From IMG/VR virus record IMGVR_UViG_3300020183_000065, positions 3,055-67,054 of that record: DNA of 64,000 bases; one strand, written 5' to 3'. The position numbers and the translations under genes were made by a program. The stretch is from a virus. A model generated the notes under the pieces. The model saw nothing but the letters and a program-made list of their open reading frames with translations, had not been told where the DNA came from and did not search any database. Positions 18,723 through 26,565 of this stretch are shown here, one piece after another (positions within the stretch are counted from its first letter, which is position 1; every line of letters starts with the position of its first letter).

Positions 18723-21700
18723 ATGGCTACTAACAGTAAAGTATTTGTATCACCTGGAGTATACACGTCTGAAGTTGATTTGAGTTTCGTAGCTCAAAGT
18801 GTCGGAGTTACCACTTTAGGTATCGTGGGTGAGACCATCAAAGGACCAGCTTTTGAACCAATATTCGTTAGAAATTATGACGAATTCCAAACTTACTTTG
18901 GGGGTACAACACCTGAAAAATTTATAAACACACAAATTCCTAAATATGAAGCGGCTTATATAGCTAAAGCTTATTTACAACAATCAAATCAATTGTTTGT
19001 AACAAGAGTATTGGGTTTATCCGGTTATGACGCTGGACCATCTTGGTCAATCGTAACTAAAGCTAATGTTGATCCAGACACTATCGGTAGATATTGTGTA
19101 GACCCTGTAATTTTCGACTGTTTACCAGCTTGTAATGAGTATGAAAAAATTGGGTACACATTTAATTTTACAGCTTGTACAAACTCAACCGGACAAGCAA
19201 CTTTCGATGTTTCTGGAATTGATCCTTTAATCTTAGAGAAGTTAAACATACCTTTTGAACAATTCAACGGGTCTACCTCATCAATAAATAATTATTTGAA
19301 TGATTTAATTTATGATGTAATTAATTCAAACGATCAGACATTAGCTGAGTCCACTACAATTAGTTATTTTGGTTCCGTTGATACTGATGATTATAATATA
19401 TTATCACCAGTTTTTACAGCAGAAACAAATGTGTACGGAATTCCAAATGTTTCATTAAATGATAATGATCTGAATTCACCGTTTAACGATCCTTGGTTCT
19501 ATTCACAATTTGACAATACTGGAAATGGTGAGTATTCAGGATTTTCGTTTTTCTCATACATCACTGGGTTAACTAATGTAACTCCAGTTACCACAACAAC
19601 TACTTTACCTATACCACCCTCACCTACACCTACACCAGACCCTTGTGTTACACCTGTACCAACACCGGTTCCAACAGCTACACCAGTTCCATTGATTGTT
19701 GAATGTTATACGGGTTCATTAATTGGTGTAATTTATACATATACAGGTTCTTCATACACTGAATATGATGATTTAGTAATCGCTACTTTAAGATCTCGAG
19801 GTTTAGCTACATACACATCAAGTGAGAACCCAACATACGAAGTTTCAAACATTAATAATGTAACTTTAAATGTGTCAGGAATATATTCCGGAGCTACCAA
19901 AAATCCATACTTACCGTTTGCGGTTAATGTAACAAATGATAATGGAACTAACTTTACGTTTGAAACATCATTCAGTGTGTCGGATTCAAATTATGTGACT
20001 AAAGTGTTTGGTACTGATAATTTTGGTAAACCTAAAGGTGTTGTTCCTGTTTTCTTGGAGGAAAGATTCCAATCGTTATTAAATTTTGGATTTAGGAAGG
20101 GATATATTAGAGGTATTAGTTCTGATTTAATTTCTCTAGATTCAGCACAGAGTGAAACATTAGACTCTATTGGTTGGTACTTGGATAGATATCAATCAGC
20201 AAATTCACCTTGGGTTGTGTCAGAATTACGTGGTACTAAAGTGTACAACTTATTTAAATTCTACACAATTTCTGATGGTGACGCTGCGAATACACAAGTT
20301 AAGATATCGATTACAAATATATCATTTAATAATTTAACTTTTGACATTTTAATTAGAGATTATTATGATACGGATTCAAACCCTGTCGTACTTGAGAAGT
20401 TTACTAACTGTTCAATGAATCCAAATGAAAATAGTTTCGTAGCTAAAAAAGTTGGTACTTTGGATGGTGAATATGAGTTAAACTCTAAATACGTAATGGT
20501 TGAAATTAATGAGGACGCTCCTAGTGATTCATTACCTTGTGGTTTTGATGGGTATAAATTCAGACAGTATGACGGTGTTAAATCACCATTCCCTATCATT
20601 AAAACAAAATATTTCTTCCCGGGTGAAGTTTTCTTTAATCCACCATTTGGTTTTGCTAATGGTAATGATGACGCAACCACAGAATCTGGTGACAATGTCA
20701 GAAGAACATACTTAGGTATCTCAAACAGTTTTGGTTATGATACTAGTTATTATGAATATAAAGGTAAAAGAAATCCTAGTTCGTCTTGTGATATTGATGG
20801 AAACGAGTGGTCTTATTTAAGTAAAGGATTCCATATGGATAAAAACGCTAGTGGAATTACAATTTCTAATGGGTTCTCAACTAGTGGTACCCATAGATTC
20901 TATGTTGGTGACGCTTCATTTAACGGTGAACCAGCTGATACATCAAATCCATACTATCGTTTATACGCTCGTAAATTTACTTTACTAGTACAAGGTGGTT
21001 TTGATGGTTGGGATATCTACAGAGAATACCGAACAAATAAAGATGAGTTTGTTTTAGGTAAATCTGGATTCCTAAATGGAGCTTGTCCTAGTGATAGATA
21101 TCCTAACGCGTCTGGATGGGGAGCGTTTAAACAAATTTCTGTCGGTGATGGGACTATGGAGTTCGCTAATACCGATTATTACGCTTACCTGTTAGGTATT
21201 AAAACATTCTCAAATCCTGAATCGGTTAACATTAATGTATTTGTTACACCAGGTATTGATTATGTGAATAACAGTAATTTAGTTGAGGAAGCTATTGACA
21301 TGATTGAAAATGAAAGGGCTGATTCGTTGTACATCACAACAACTCCGGATTACAATTTATACCTACCAACAACTACTGGAACTGACGGTCTAATTTATCC
21401 ACAAGAAGCTGTTGACAATCTTGAATTAATTGGTTTAGATTCAAACTACACAGCAACTTATTATCCTTGGGTATTAACAAGAGATACGGTAAATAATACA
21501 CAAATTTACATACCACCAACAGCTGAAGTTACTAGAAACCTAGCTTTGACCGATAACATAGCATTCCCGTGGTTTGCAGCGGCAGGTTACACGAGAGGTA
21601 TTGTTAACTCAATAAAAGCTCGTAAAAAACTAACACAAGAAGATAGAGACGTGTTATATACGGGTAGAATTAACCCAATAGCTACCTTCGCGGATGTTGG

Positions 21701-22061
21701 TACGGTTATATGGGGTAATAAAACTTTACAGGTACGTGAATCAGCACTTGATAGAATAAACGTTAGACGATTATTATTACAAGCACGTAAACTGATTTCT
21801 GCGGTATCTGTGAGGTTATTATTTGATCAAAACGATGAACAAGTTAGACAAGATTTCTTAAATTCAATAAACCCAATCTTGGACGCAATTAGAAGAGATA
21901 GAGGTTTATATGACTTCCGAGTTACAGTATCATCAGATACTTCTGACTTAGATAGAAATCAGATGACTGGTAAAATATACATTAAACCAACAAGATCTCT
22001 TGAGTTTATTGATATAACATTCTATATCACACCAACTGGAGCTTCTTTTGATGATGTATAA
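18723..22061 (+). CDS. Contractile tail sheath protein
   Basis: FVSPGVYTSEVD, KGPAFEP, PWFAAAGYTRG, INPI, WGNKTLQ, DRINVRRLL, IKPTRSLEFI. Confidence 0.95.
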   Translation: MATNSKVFVSPGVYTSEVDLSFVAQSVGVTTLGIVGETIKGPAFEPIFVRNYDEFQTYFGGTTPEKFINTQIPKYEAAYIAKAYLQQSNQLFVTRVLGLSGYDAGPSWSIVTKANVDPDTIGRYCVDPVIFDCLPACNEYEKIGYTFNFTACTNSTGQATFDVSGIDPLILEKLNIPFEQFNGSTSSINNYLNDLIYDVINSNDQTLAESTTISYFGSVDTDDYNILSPVFTAETNVYGIPNVSLNDNDLNSPFNDPWFYSQFDNTGNGEYSGFSFFSYITGLTNVTPVTTTTTLPIPPSPTPTPDPCVTPVPTPVPTATPVPLIVECYTGSLIGVIYTYTGSSYTEYDDLVIATLRSRGLATYTSSENPTYEVSNINNVTLNVSGIYSGATKNPYLPFAVNVTNDNGTNFTFETSFSVSDSNYVTKVFGTDNFGKPKGVVPVFLEERFQSLLNFGFRKGYIRGISSDLISLDSAQSETLDSIGWYLDRYQSANSPWVVSELRGTKVYNLFKFYTISDGDAANTQVKISITNISFNNLTFDILIRDYYDTDSNPVVLEKFTNCSMNPNENSFVAKKVGTLDGEYELNSKYVMVEINEDAPSDSLPCGFDGYKFRQYDGVKSPFPIIKTKYFFPGEVFFNPPFGFANGNDDATTESGDNVRRTYLGISNSFGYDTSYYEYKGKRNPSSSCDIDGNEWSYLSKGFHMDKNASGITISNGFSTSGTHRFYVGDASFNGEPADTSNPYYRLYARKFTLLVQGGFDGWDIYREYRTNKDEFVLGKSGFLNGACPSDRYPNASGWGAFKQISVGDGTMEFANTDYYAYLLGIKTFSNPESVNINVFVTPGIDYVNNSNLVEEAIDMIENERADSLYITTTPDYNLYLPTTTGTDGLIYPQEAVDNLELIGLDSNYTATYYPWVLTRDTVNNTQIYIPPTAEVTRNLALTDNIAFPWFAAAGYTRGIVNSIKARKKLTQEDRDVLYTGRINPIATFADVGTVIWGNKTLQVRESALDRINVRRLLLQARKLISAVSVRLLFDQNDEQVRQDFLNSINPILDAIRRDRGLYDFRVTVSSDTSDLDRNQMTGKIYIKPTRSLEFIDITFYITPTGASFDDV

Positions 22062-22079
22062 AAAAGAAATAATTTAAAA

Positions 22080-22114
22080 AAATGGGGGGGATATTTGATT
22101 ATCTCCCTTTTTTT
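22080..22114 (+). terminator. Probable intrinsic terminator after sheath
   Basis: GGGGGGATA...TATCTCCC hairpin followed by a T-run. Confidence 0.6.
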
Positions 22115-22125
22115 ATTTATATTTG
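22094..22125 (+). promoter_or_regulatory. Bacteroidota-type promoter for the HAD gene
   Basis: TTTG (22094-22097), 20-nt spacer, TATATTTG (22118-22125). Confidence 0.65.
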
Positions 22126-22145
22126 TTAACTTTTAAATTTAGTTT

Positions 22146-22961
22146 ATGAAGAATATCACTGATTTTGGATTAAAATACTACGCTTTTGATTGGGATGATA
22201 ATTTATTAAAAATGCCGACAATGGTCTATCTGAAAACGAAGGATAATCGTGTTGTTGGTATGCCGACATACGAGTACTCATTTAAGAAATCTATAATTGG
22301 TAAAAGACAATTTAAATTTAATGGTAATTTAATTGTTGGTTACGATAATGAACCGTTTAGGGATTTCCTTCAGGGTGGTGATGATAGATTTATAATGGAT
22401 ATTAAAAAATCAAAGATAGCCTCATCAGATATTTGGAAAGACTTTGTTGAGGCAATAAATAACGGGTCAATATTTTCAATCATTACCGCTAGAGGTCACA
22501 ATCCAGAAACAATTAAAAATGGAATAAAAAATCTTATAGACATATCGTACGAAGGTATTGATAGGGATAAATTAATAAATAACCTAATTGGGTACCACAT
22601 AATAACTAACTCAAAATTTAATAATGACTACGATTGGTTAATTAAAGATTATTTAGATAAATGTAGGTTTTATCCAATAACTTATTTACATGGTACCATG
22701 TCGGATCCGTCGGAGGGTAAGGTTAAAGCTATGAACGATTTTTTAAATTATATTGAGGAACAGTCAAAAAAAGTGAGGATTAGTCTTGTTTCCTATGTTA
22801 ATTTGGATTTCAATGTCAAACCGTCGATAGGATTTTCAGATGACGATATAGATAACGTTAATTTAATTAGAGATAAAATTTTCCGGGAAGACTTTAATAT
22901 CAGTATTTACCACACAAAAAACGGTAAAAAAGTTAAAATTGATTTAACAAAAGATAATTAA
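22146..22961 (+). CDS. HAD-superfamily phosphatase-like protein
   Basis: Motif I AFDWDDN, motif II ITARG, motif III K, motif IV GFSDDD..N. Confidence 0.7.
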   Translation: MKNITDFGLKYYAFDWDDNLLKMPTMVYLKTKDNRVVGMPTYEYSFKKSIIGKRQFKFNGNLIVGYDNEPFRDFLQGGDDRFIMDIKKSKIASSDIWKDFVEAINNGSIFSIITARGHNPETIKNGIKNLIDISYEGIDRDKLINNLIGYHIITNSKFNNDYDWLIKDYLDKCRFYPITYLHGTMSDPSEGKVKAMNDFLNYIEEQSKKVRISLVSYVNLDFNVKPSIGFSDDDIDNVNLIRDKIFREDFNISIYHTKNGKKVKIDLTKDN

Positions 22962-23045
22962 TTATTATATTTTATAAGCAGCTAGCTAATTAATTATTAC
23001 ATTTTATAAGCAGCTAGCTAATTAATTATTATATAAAAAGCTAGC
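22955..23045. repeat. 32-bp tandem repeat (2 full copies plus 1 degenerate)
   Basis: TAATTAATTATTA(T/C)ATTTTATAAGCAGCTAGC at 22955 and 22987; third copy TAATTAATTATTATATAAAAAGCTAGC at 23019. Confidence 0.85.
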
Positions 23046-23147
23046 TTGCTCGCAATTATATCAATAAAAAAAATAAAAGTCAATAGAATAAAAAATTTTT
23101 TTGGTATATTTATTATATGAAAATAAACAAGACTAAAAAAATTTACT

Positions 23148-23636
23148 ATGGCTGATTTATTAATGAAAATGCCTATACCCTACGAACCTAAACGTGAAAA
23201 CCGTTGGATTCTTAGATTCCCATCATCTTTAGGTATCAATGAGTGGTACGTAGAGAGTACTTCAAGACCGAAACTTAAAATAGCTTCGACTGAAATCCCA
23301 TTCTTAAATACCTCAACATATGTAGCTGGACGATTTAACTGGGAGGAAATTCCGGTTAAATTTAGAGATCCAATCGGACCATCAGCTTCACAAGCGGTTA
23401 TGGAATGGATTCGTTTATGTGCTGAATCTGTTACCGGTCGTATGGGTTACGCAGCTGGTTATAAAAAGAATGTTGACTTGGAAATGTTAGACCCAACTGG
23501 TGTGGTTGTTGAAAAATGGATTTTAGAGGGTGCTTTCTTACTTGGGTATGATGGGGGATCATTGGATTATTCAAGTGATAAAATCGCTGGGATATCAGCT
23601 AGTATCCGTATGGATCGTTGTATATTAGTTTACTAA
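23148..23636 (+). CDS. Tail tube protein (T4 gp19-like)
   Basis: EPKRENRW, YVAGRFNWEEI, YKKNVDLEMLDPTGVVVEKWILEGAF. Confidence 0.9.
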   Translation: MADLLMKMPIPYEPKRENRWILRFPSSLGINEWYVESTSRPKLKIASTEIPFLNTSTYVAGRFNWEEIPVKFRDPIGPSASQAVMEWIRLCAESVTGRMGYAAGYKKNVDLEMLDPTGVVVEKWILEGAFLLGYDGGSLDYSSDKIAGISASIRMDRCILVY

Positions 23637-23656
23637 ATACTATTTACTTATATCAG

Positions 23657-23692
23657 AATCCGTGTACTATATTATGGTATACGGATTTTTTT
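23657..23692 (+). terminator. Intrinsic terminator after tail tube
   Basis: AATCCGTGTACTAT/ATGGTATACGGATT stem (with G-U pairs) and T-run. Confidence 0.7.
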
Positions 23693-23720
23693 ATTATAAT
23701 AAAACTTAATTTAAATAACA

Positions 23721-24488
23721 ATGGAAACAAATGATATAGTTAATTATGGTCAATCTGACTTTAATCTACCACATGACGTGTTAGAACTACCTTCTGGTGG
23801 TATATTTTATAAGTCTAAAAAGAAAAGTGTTAAGATTGGATATCTAACAGCGTCTGATGAAAACATTTTATTAAATAACGACAGTCGTAAATCAATAAAG
23901 GAAGCTATTGTTTTACCATTACTTAGAAATAAACTATATGAAAGGGAACTTAGACCGGAAGAACTATTGGAAGGGGACGTTGAATCTATATTAATATTTT
24001 TAAGAAACACATCATTTGGACCTGAATATAAATTAAATGTTGAGGATCCTAAAACCGGAAAACAATTTGAAACGTCAATAATGTTAGATAGGATGAACAT
24101 AGTCCAATCTAAAGAGAAACCAAACGATGATGGTACATTTACACTATCATTACCGTTTTCAAAAAATACTGTTAAAGTTAAATTTCTATCACTATATGAT
24201 ACCATTGAAATTGATAGAATATTAGATACCTATCCAGTTGGTAGAGTTGTACCAACCGTAACCACAAGATTAAATAGAATGGTTGTGGAATTAAATGGTA
24301 GTTCAGATCGAAATGATATATCAACATTCTGTGAAAATATGCCAATCGGTGACTCAAAGTATATCAGAAACTTTTTAAGAGACAACGAACCAAGATTAGA
24401 CCTAAAAAAAGAAATTGTAGCCCCGTCTGGAGAAAAGGTGACCGTGAGTCTTGCCTTTGGGGTTGAATTTTTTCGGCCTTTCTTCTGA
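23721..24488 (+). CDS. Tail/baseplate assembly chaperone (T4 gp26-like)
   Basis: LPSGG..Y, LTASDENIL, L..GD...ILIFLRNTSFG and C-terminal FGVEFFRP; lies between tube and tape measure. Confidence 0.7.
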   Translation: METNDIVNYGQSDFNLPHDVLELPSGGIFYKSKKKSVKIGYLTASDENILLNNDSRKSIKEAIVLPLLRNKLYERELRPEELLEGDVESILIFLRNTSFGPEYKLNVEDPKTGKQFETSIMLDRMNIVQSKEKPNDDGTFTLSLPFSKNTVKVKFLSLYDTIEIDRILDTYPVGRVVPTVTTRLNRMVVELNGSSDRNDISTFCENMPIGDSKYIRNFLRDNEPRLDLKKEIVAPSGEKVTVSLAFGVEFFRPFF

Positions 24489-24627
24489 TTACTCAAAAGT
24501 AATATTAGACGAATATTATTATCTCGCTAAACATCTCGGAGTACAGTACGGTGAGTTCTTTAAGATTCCAACGTATGTTCGTAAATATCTTCTTGAAAAA
24601 ATATTTAACGAAGGAAAACGAAACTAA
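24472..24627 (+). CDS. ATG-less +1-frame ORF, probable frameshift extension of the tail chaperone (not in the ORF track)
   Basis: Reads FGLSSDYSKVILDEYYYLAKHLGVQYGEFLKIPTYVRKYLLEKIFNEGKRN*, resembling P2 gpE'/T4 gp51-type short chaperone partners. Confidence 0.65.
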   Translation, partial: FGLSSDYSKVILDEYYYLAKHLGVQYGEFFKIPTYVRKYLLEKIFNEGKRN

Positions 24628-24653
24628 AAATATTTATCATTAAATATTATTAA

Positions 24654-26525
24654 ATGTCTACAACAGTACCAACAACTTTAAGTAAATCACAACTAGATAA
24701 ATTAAAGGTTCTCGAGGACTATGAATCAGCAAATCAAAGAGCTTTTGATTTGAATAAATCCTTTGTTAGTGGTATGAAAGACTTGATAAGCCCAACATTT
24801 TCAATGTCGGAGATTATAAAGCAATCAGCTAAAGCTATTACTGAAACAGATTCTTTAAGATTTTTAGATGAACAAGCTACAAAAATACAAAACGCTTTTG
24901 GTGTTGGGAAACAAAGATTGAGTGAATTTAAAACATTAATCGCTGACACAACCCCGGAGTTAGTTAAAATGGGTTTCAGTCAGGAGGAATCTACACAAGC
25001 GGTAATAGATATTACAAAAAGTTTAGGAACTAACGCTTCAGTTGGAAAAGAAGCTGTTGTTGAGTTATCAGCGGTAAGTAGGTTAACTGGTGAAGATATC
25101 ACAACACTCGCGTCTAGTTTTAGAGATGTTGGAGTCTCAATATACGACGCTGGTGATAAAATGAAAGAGGTTATCGATTACGCTAAAAATGTTGGGGTTA
25201 GTGTACAAGCTGTATCCAAAGGAGTTTTAAATAATTTGGATAAGATGAACCTTTATAATTTTGAAAATGGTGTTAAAGGTTTAGCTAAAATGGCGGCAGA
25301 AGCTTCTAGACTAGGTGTTGATATGTCCCACGTATTTGCTATTGCTGAGAAAGTATTTAATCCCGAAGGTGCGATTGAGTTAGCTGCTGGACTACAAAGA
25401 TTAGGTGTAACAGCTAATGGTCTTTTAGATCCATTAAGAGCTATGGATTTAGCACGTAATGATCCAGAACAATTGGAAAAGGAATTAGTTAATATTACTA
25501 AAGAATGGACAATTTTTAATGAGAAAACTCAGCAATTTGAAATATTACCAGGTGCTAAAAGTAGGATTAGAGAAATAGCTACTGAATTAAATATACCAGC
25601 TTCAGAATTGACAAAAATGTCAATAAGAGCTGCCGACTTCGATAAAAAACTACAACAGATTAAATTCCCATCATTAGTTGGTACTGAAGATGAACAGACT
25701 AGAGAAATGATTGCTTCATTAGCAACACTATCAGGTGGAACCGCGGTTATTAAGGTTAGAGACGAACAAGGTAAAGAAGTTACTAAAAGAGTGGAGGATT
25801 TATTACCACAAGAAATTGAACAATTAAGGGAGCAAGCTGCTGATCAAAATAAAAGTTTGGAGGAATTAGCTTATGAACAACTAACTATAATGGAATCAAT
25901 AAACGCGAATATTGGTTCATTAGTGGGTAAAATGACACTTGGTAAATCTAGTGCAGCTCCAGTACAACGTGTTTTTGACGCTATAACTAAAGTACAAACA
26001 AAATATACCGAGATAGCCACTAGAGATGTCACAACAGAAACATTTAGATCCGGTGTTGATCAGTTTACTGGGTTATTAGAAGACGCAGCTTTAAAATTAG
26101 CCAAAGGAGATCAAACAGGATCTTTTGAAGCTTTTAGAGACGCTTTTAATAGTATGGCTGATTTGGAATTAAAATTTCAAGAAGGGGTTAAAAATAAATT
26201 TGAAACTTTTATAACTGAATATAGAAAAGACTTAACAAAAACATATGAAAACCAATTAAACCCCAAACCAAAAAAAACCCAAGCTGAGTTAATTGTTGAA
26301 GAATTAAATGACAAAAAAGAAGTTATTGAAAAGAAAGAGATAATAACAAAATCAACAGTGGACGCTAATATAACAATAACCGGTTCAGGTACATTGACAA
26401 ATATGTCAACAACCGAGATTCAAAACACAATTAATAACTGGTTGTCAACCCCAGAAGGAAAATCCTGGTTAAATAAATTGTTTGAGGTTAAAGATGGGGG
26501 TCTAAGAACAACACCACCATACTAA
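24654..26525 (+). CDS. Tape measure protein
   Basis: Long Ala/Leu-rich helical protein directly after the chaperone pair. Confidence 0.7.
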   Translation: MSTTVPTTLSKSQLDKLKVLEDYESANQRAFDLNKSFVSGMKDLISPTFSMSEIIKQSAKAITETDSLRFLDEQATKIQNAFGVGKQRLSEFKTLIADTTPELVKMGFSQEESTQAVIDITKSLGTNASVGKEAVVELSAVSRLTGEDITTLASSFRDVGVSIYDAGDKMKEVIDYAKNVGVSVQAVSKGVLNNLDKMNLYNFENGVKGLAKMAAEASRLGVDMSHVFAIAEKVFNPEGAIELAAGLQRLGVTANGLLDPLRAMDLARNDPEQLEKELVNITKEWTIFNEKTQQFEILPGAKSRIREIATELNIPASELTKMSIRAADFDKKLQQIKFPSLVGTEDEQTREMIASLATLSGGTAVIKVRDEQGKEVTKRVEDLLPQEIEQLREQAADQNKSLEELAYEQLTIMESINANIGSLVGKMTLGKSSAAPVQRVFDAITKVQTKYTEIATRDVTTETFRSGVDQFTGLLEDAALKLAKGDQTGSFEAFRDAFNSMADLELKFQEGVKNKFETFITEYRKDLTKTYENQLNPKPKKTQAELIVEELNDKKEVIEKKEIITKSTVDANITITGSGTLTNMSTTEIQNTINNWLSTPEGKSWLNKLFEVKDGGLRTTPPY

Positions 26526-26565
26526 AAAAAATGAACCCAAATCGTATTTATAAAATAAAAGGAGA

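Noticed and set aside
22955-23045. 32-bp repeats as a CRISPR array
   Set aside because: Copies are head-to-tail with no unique spacers, and no cas genes are present.
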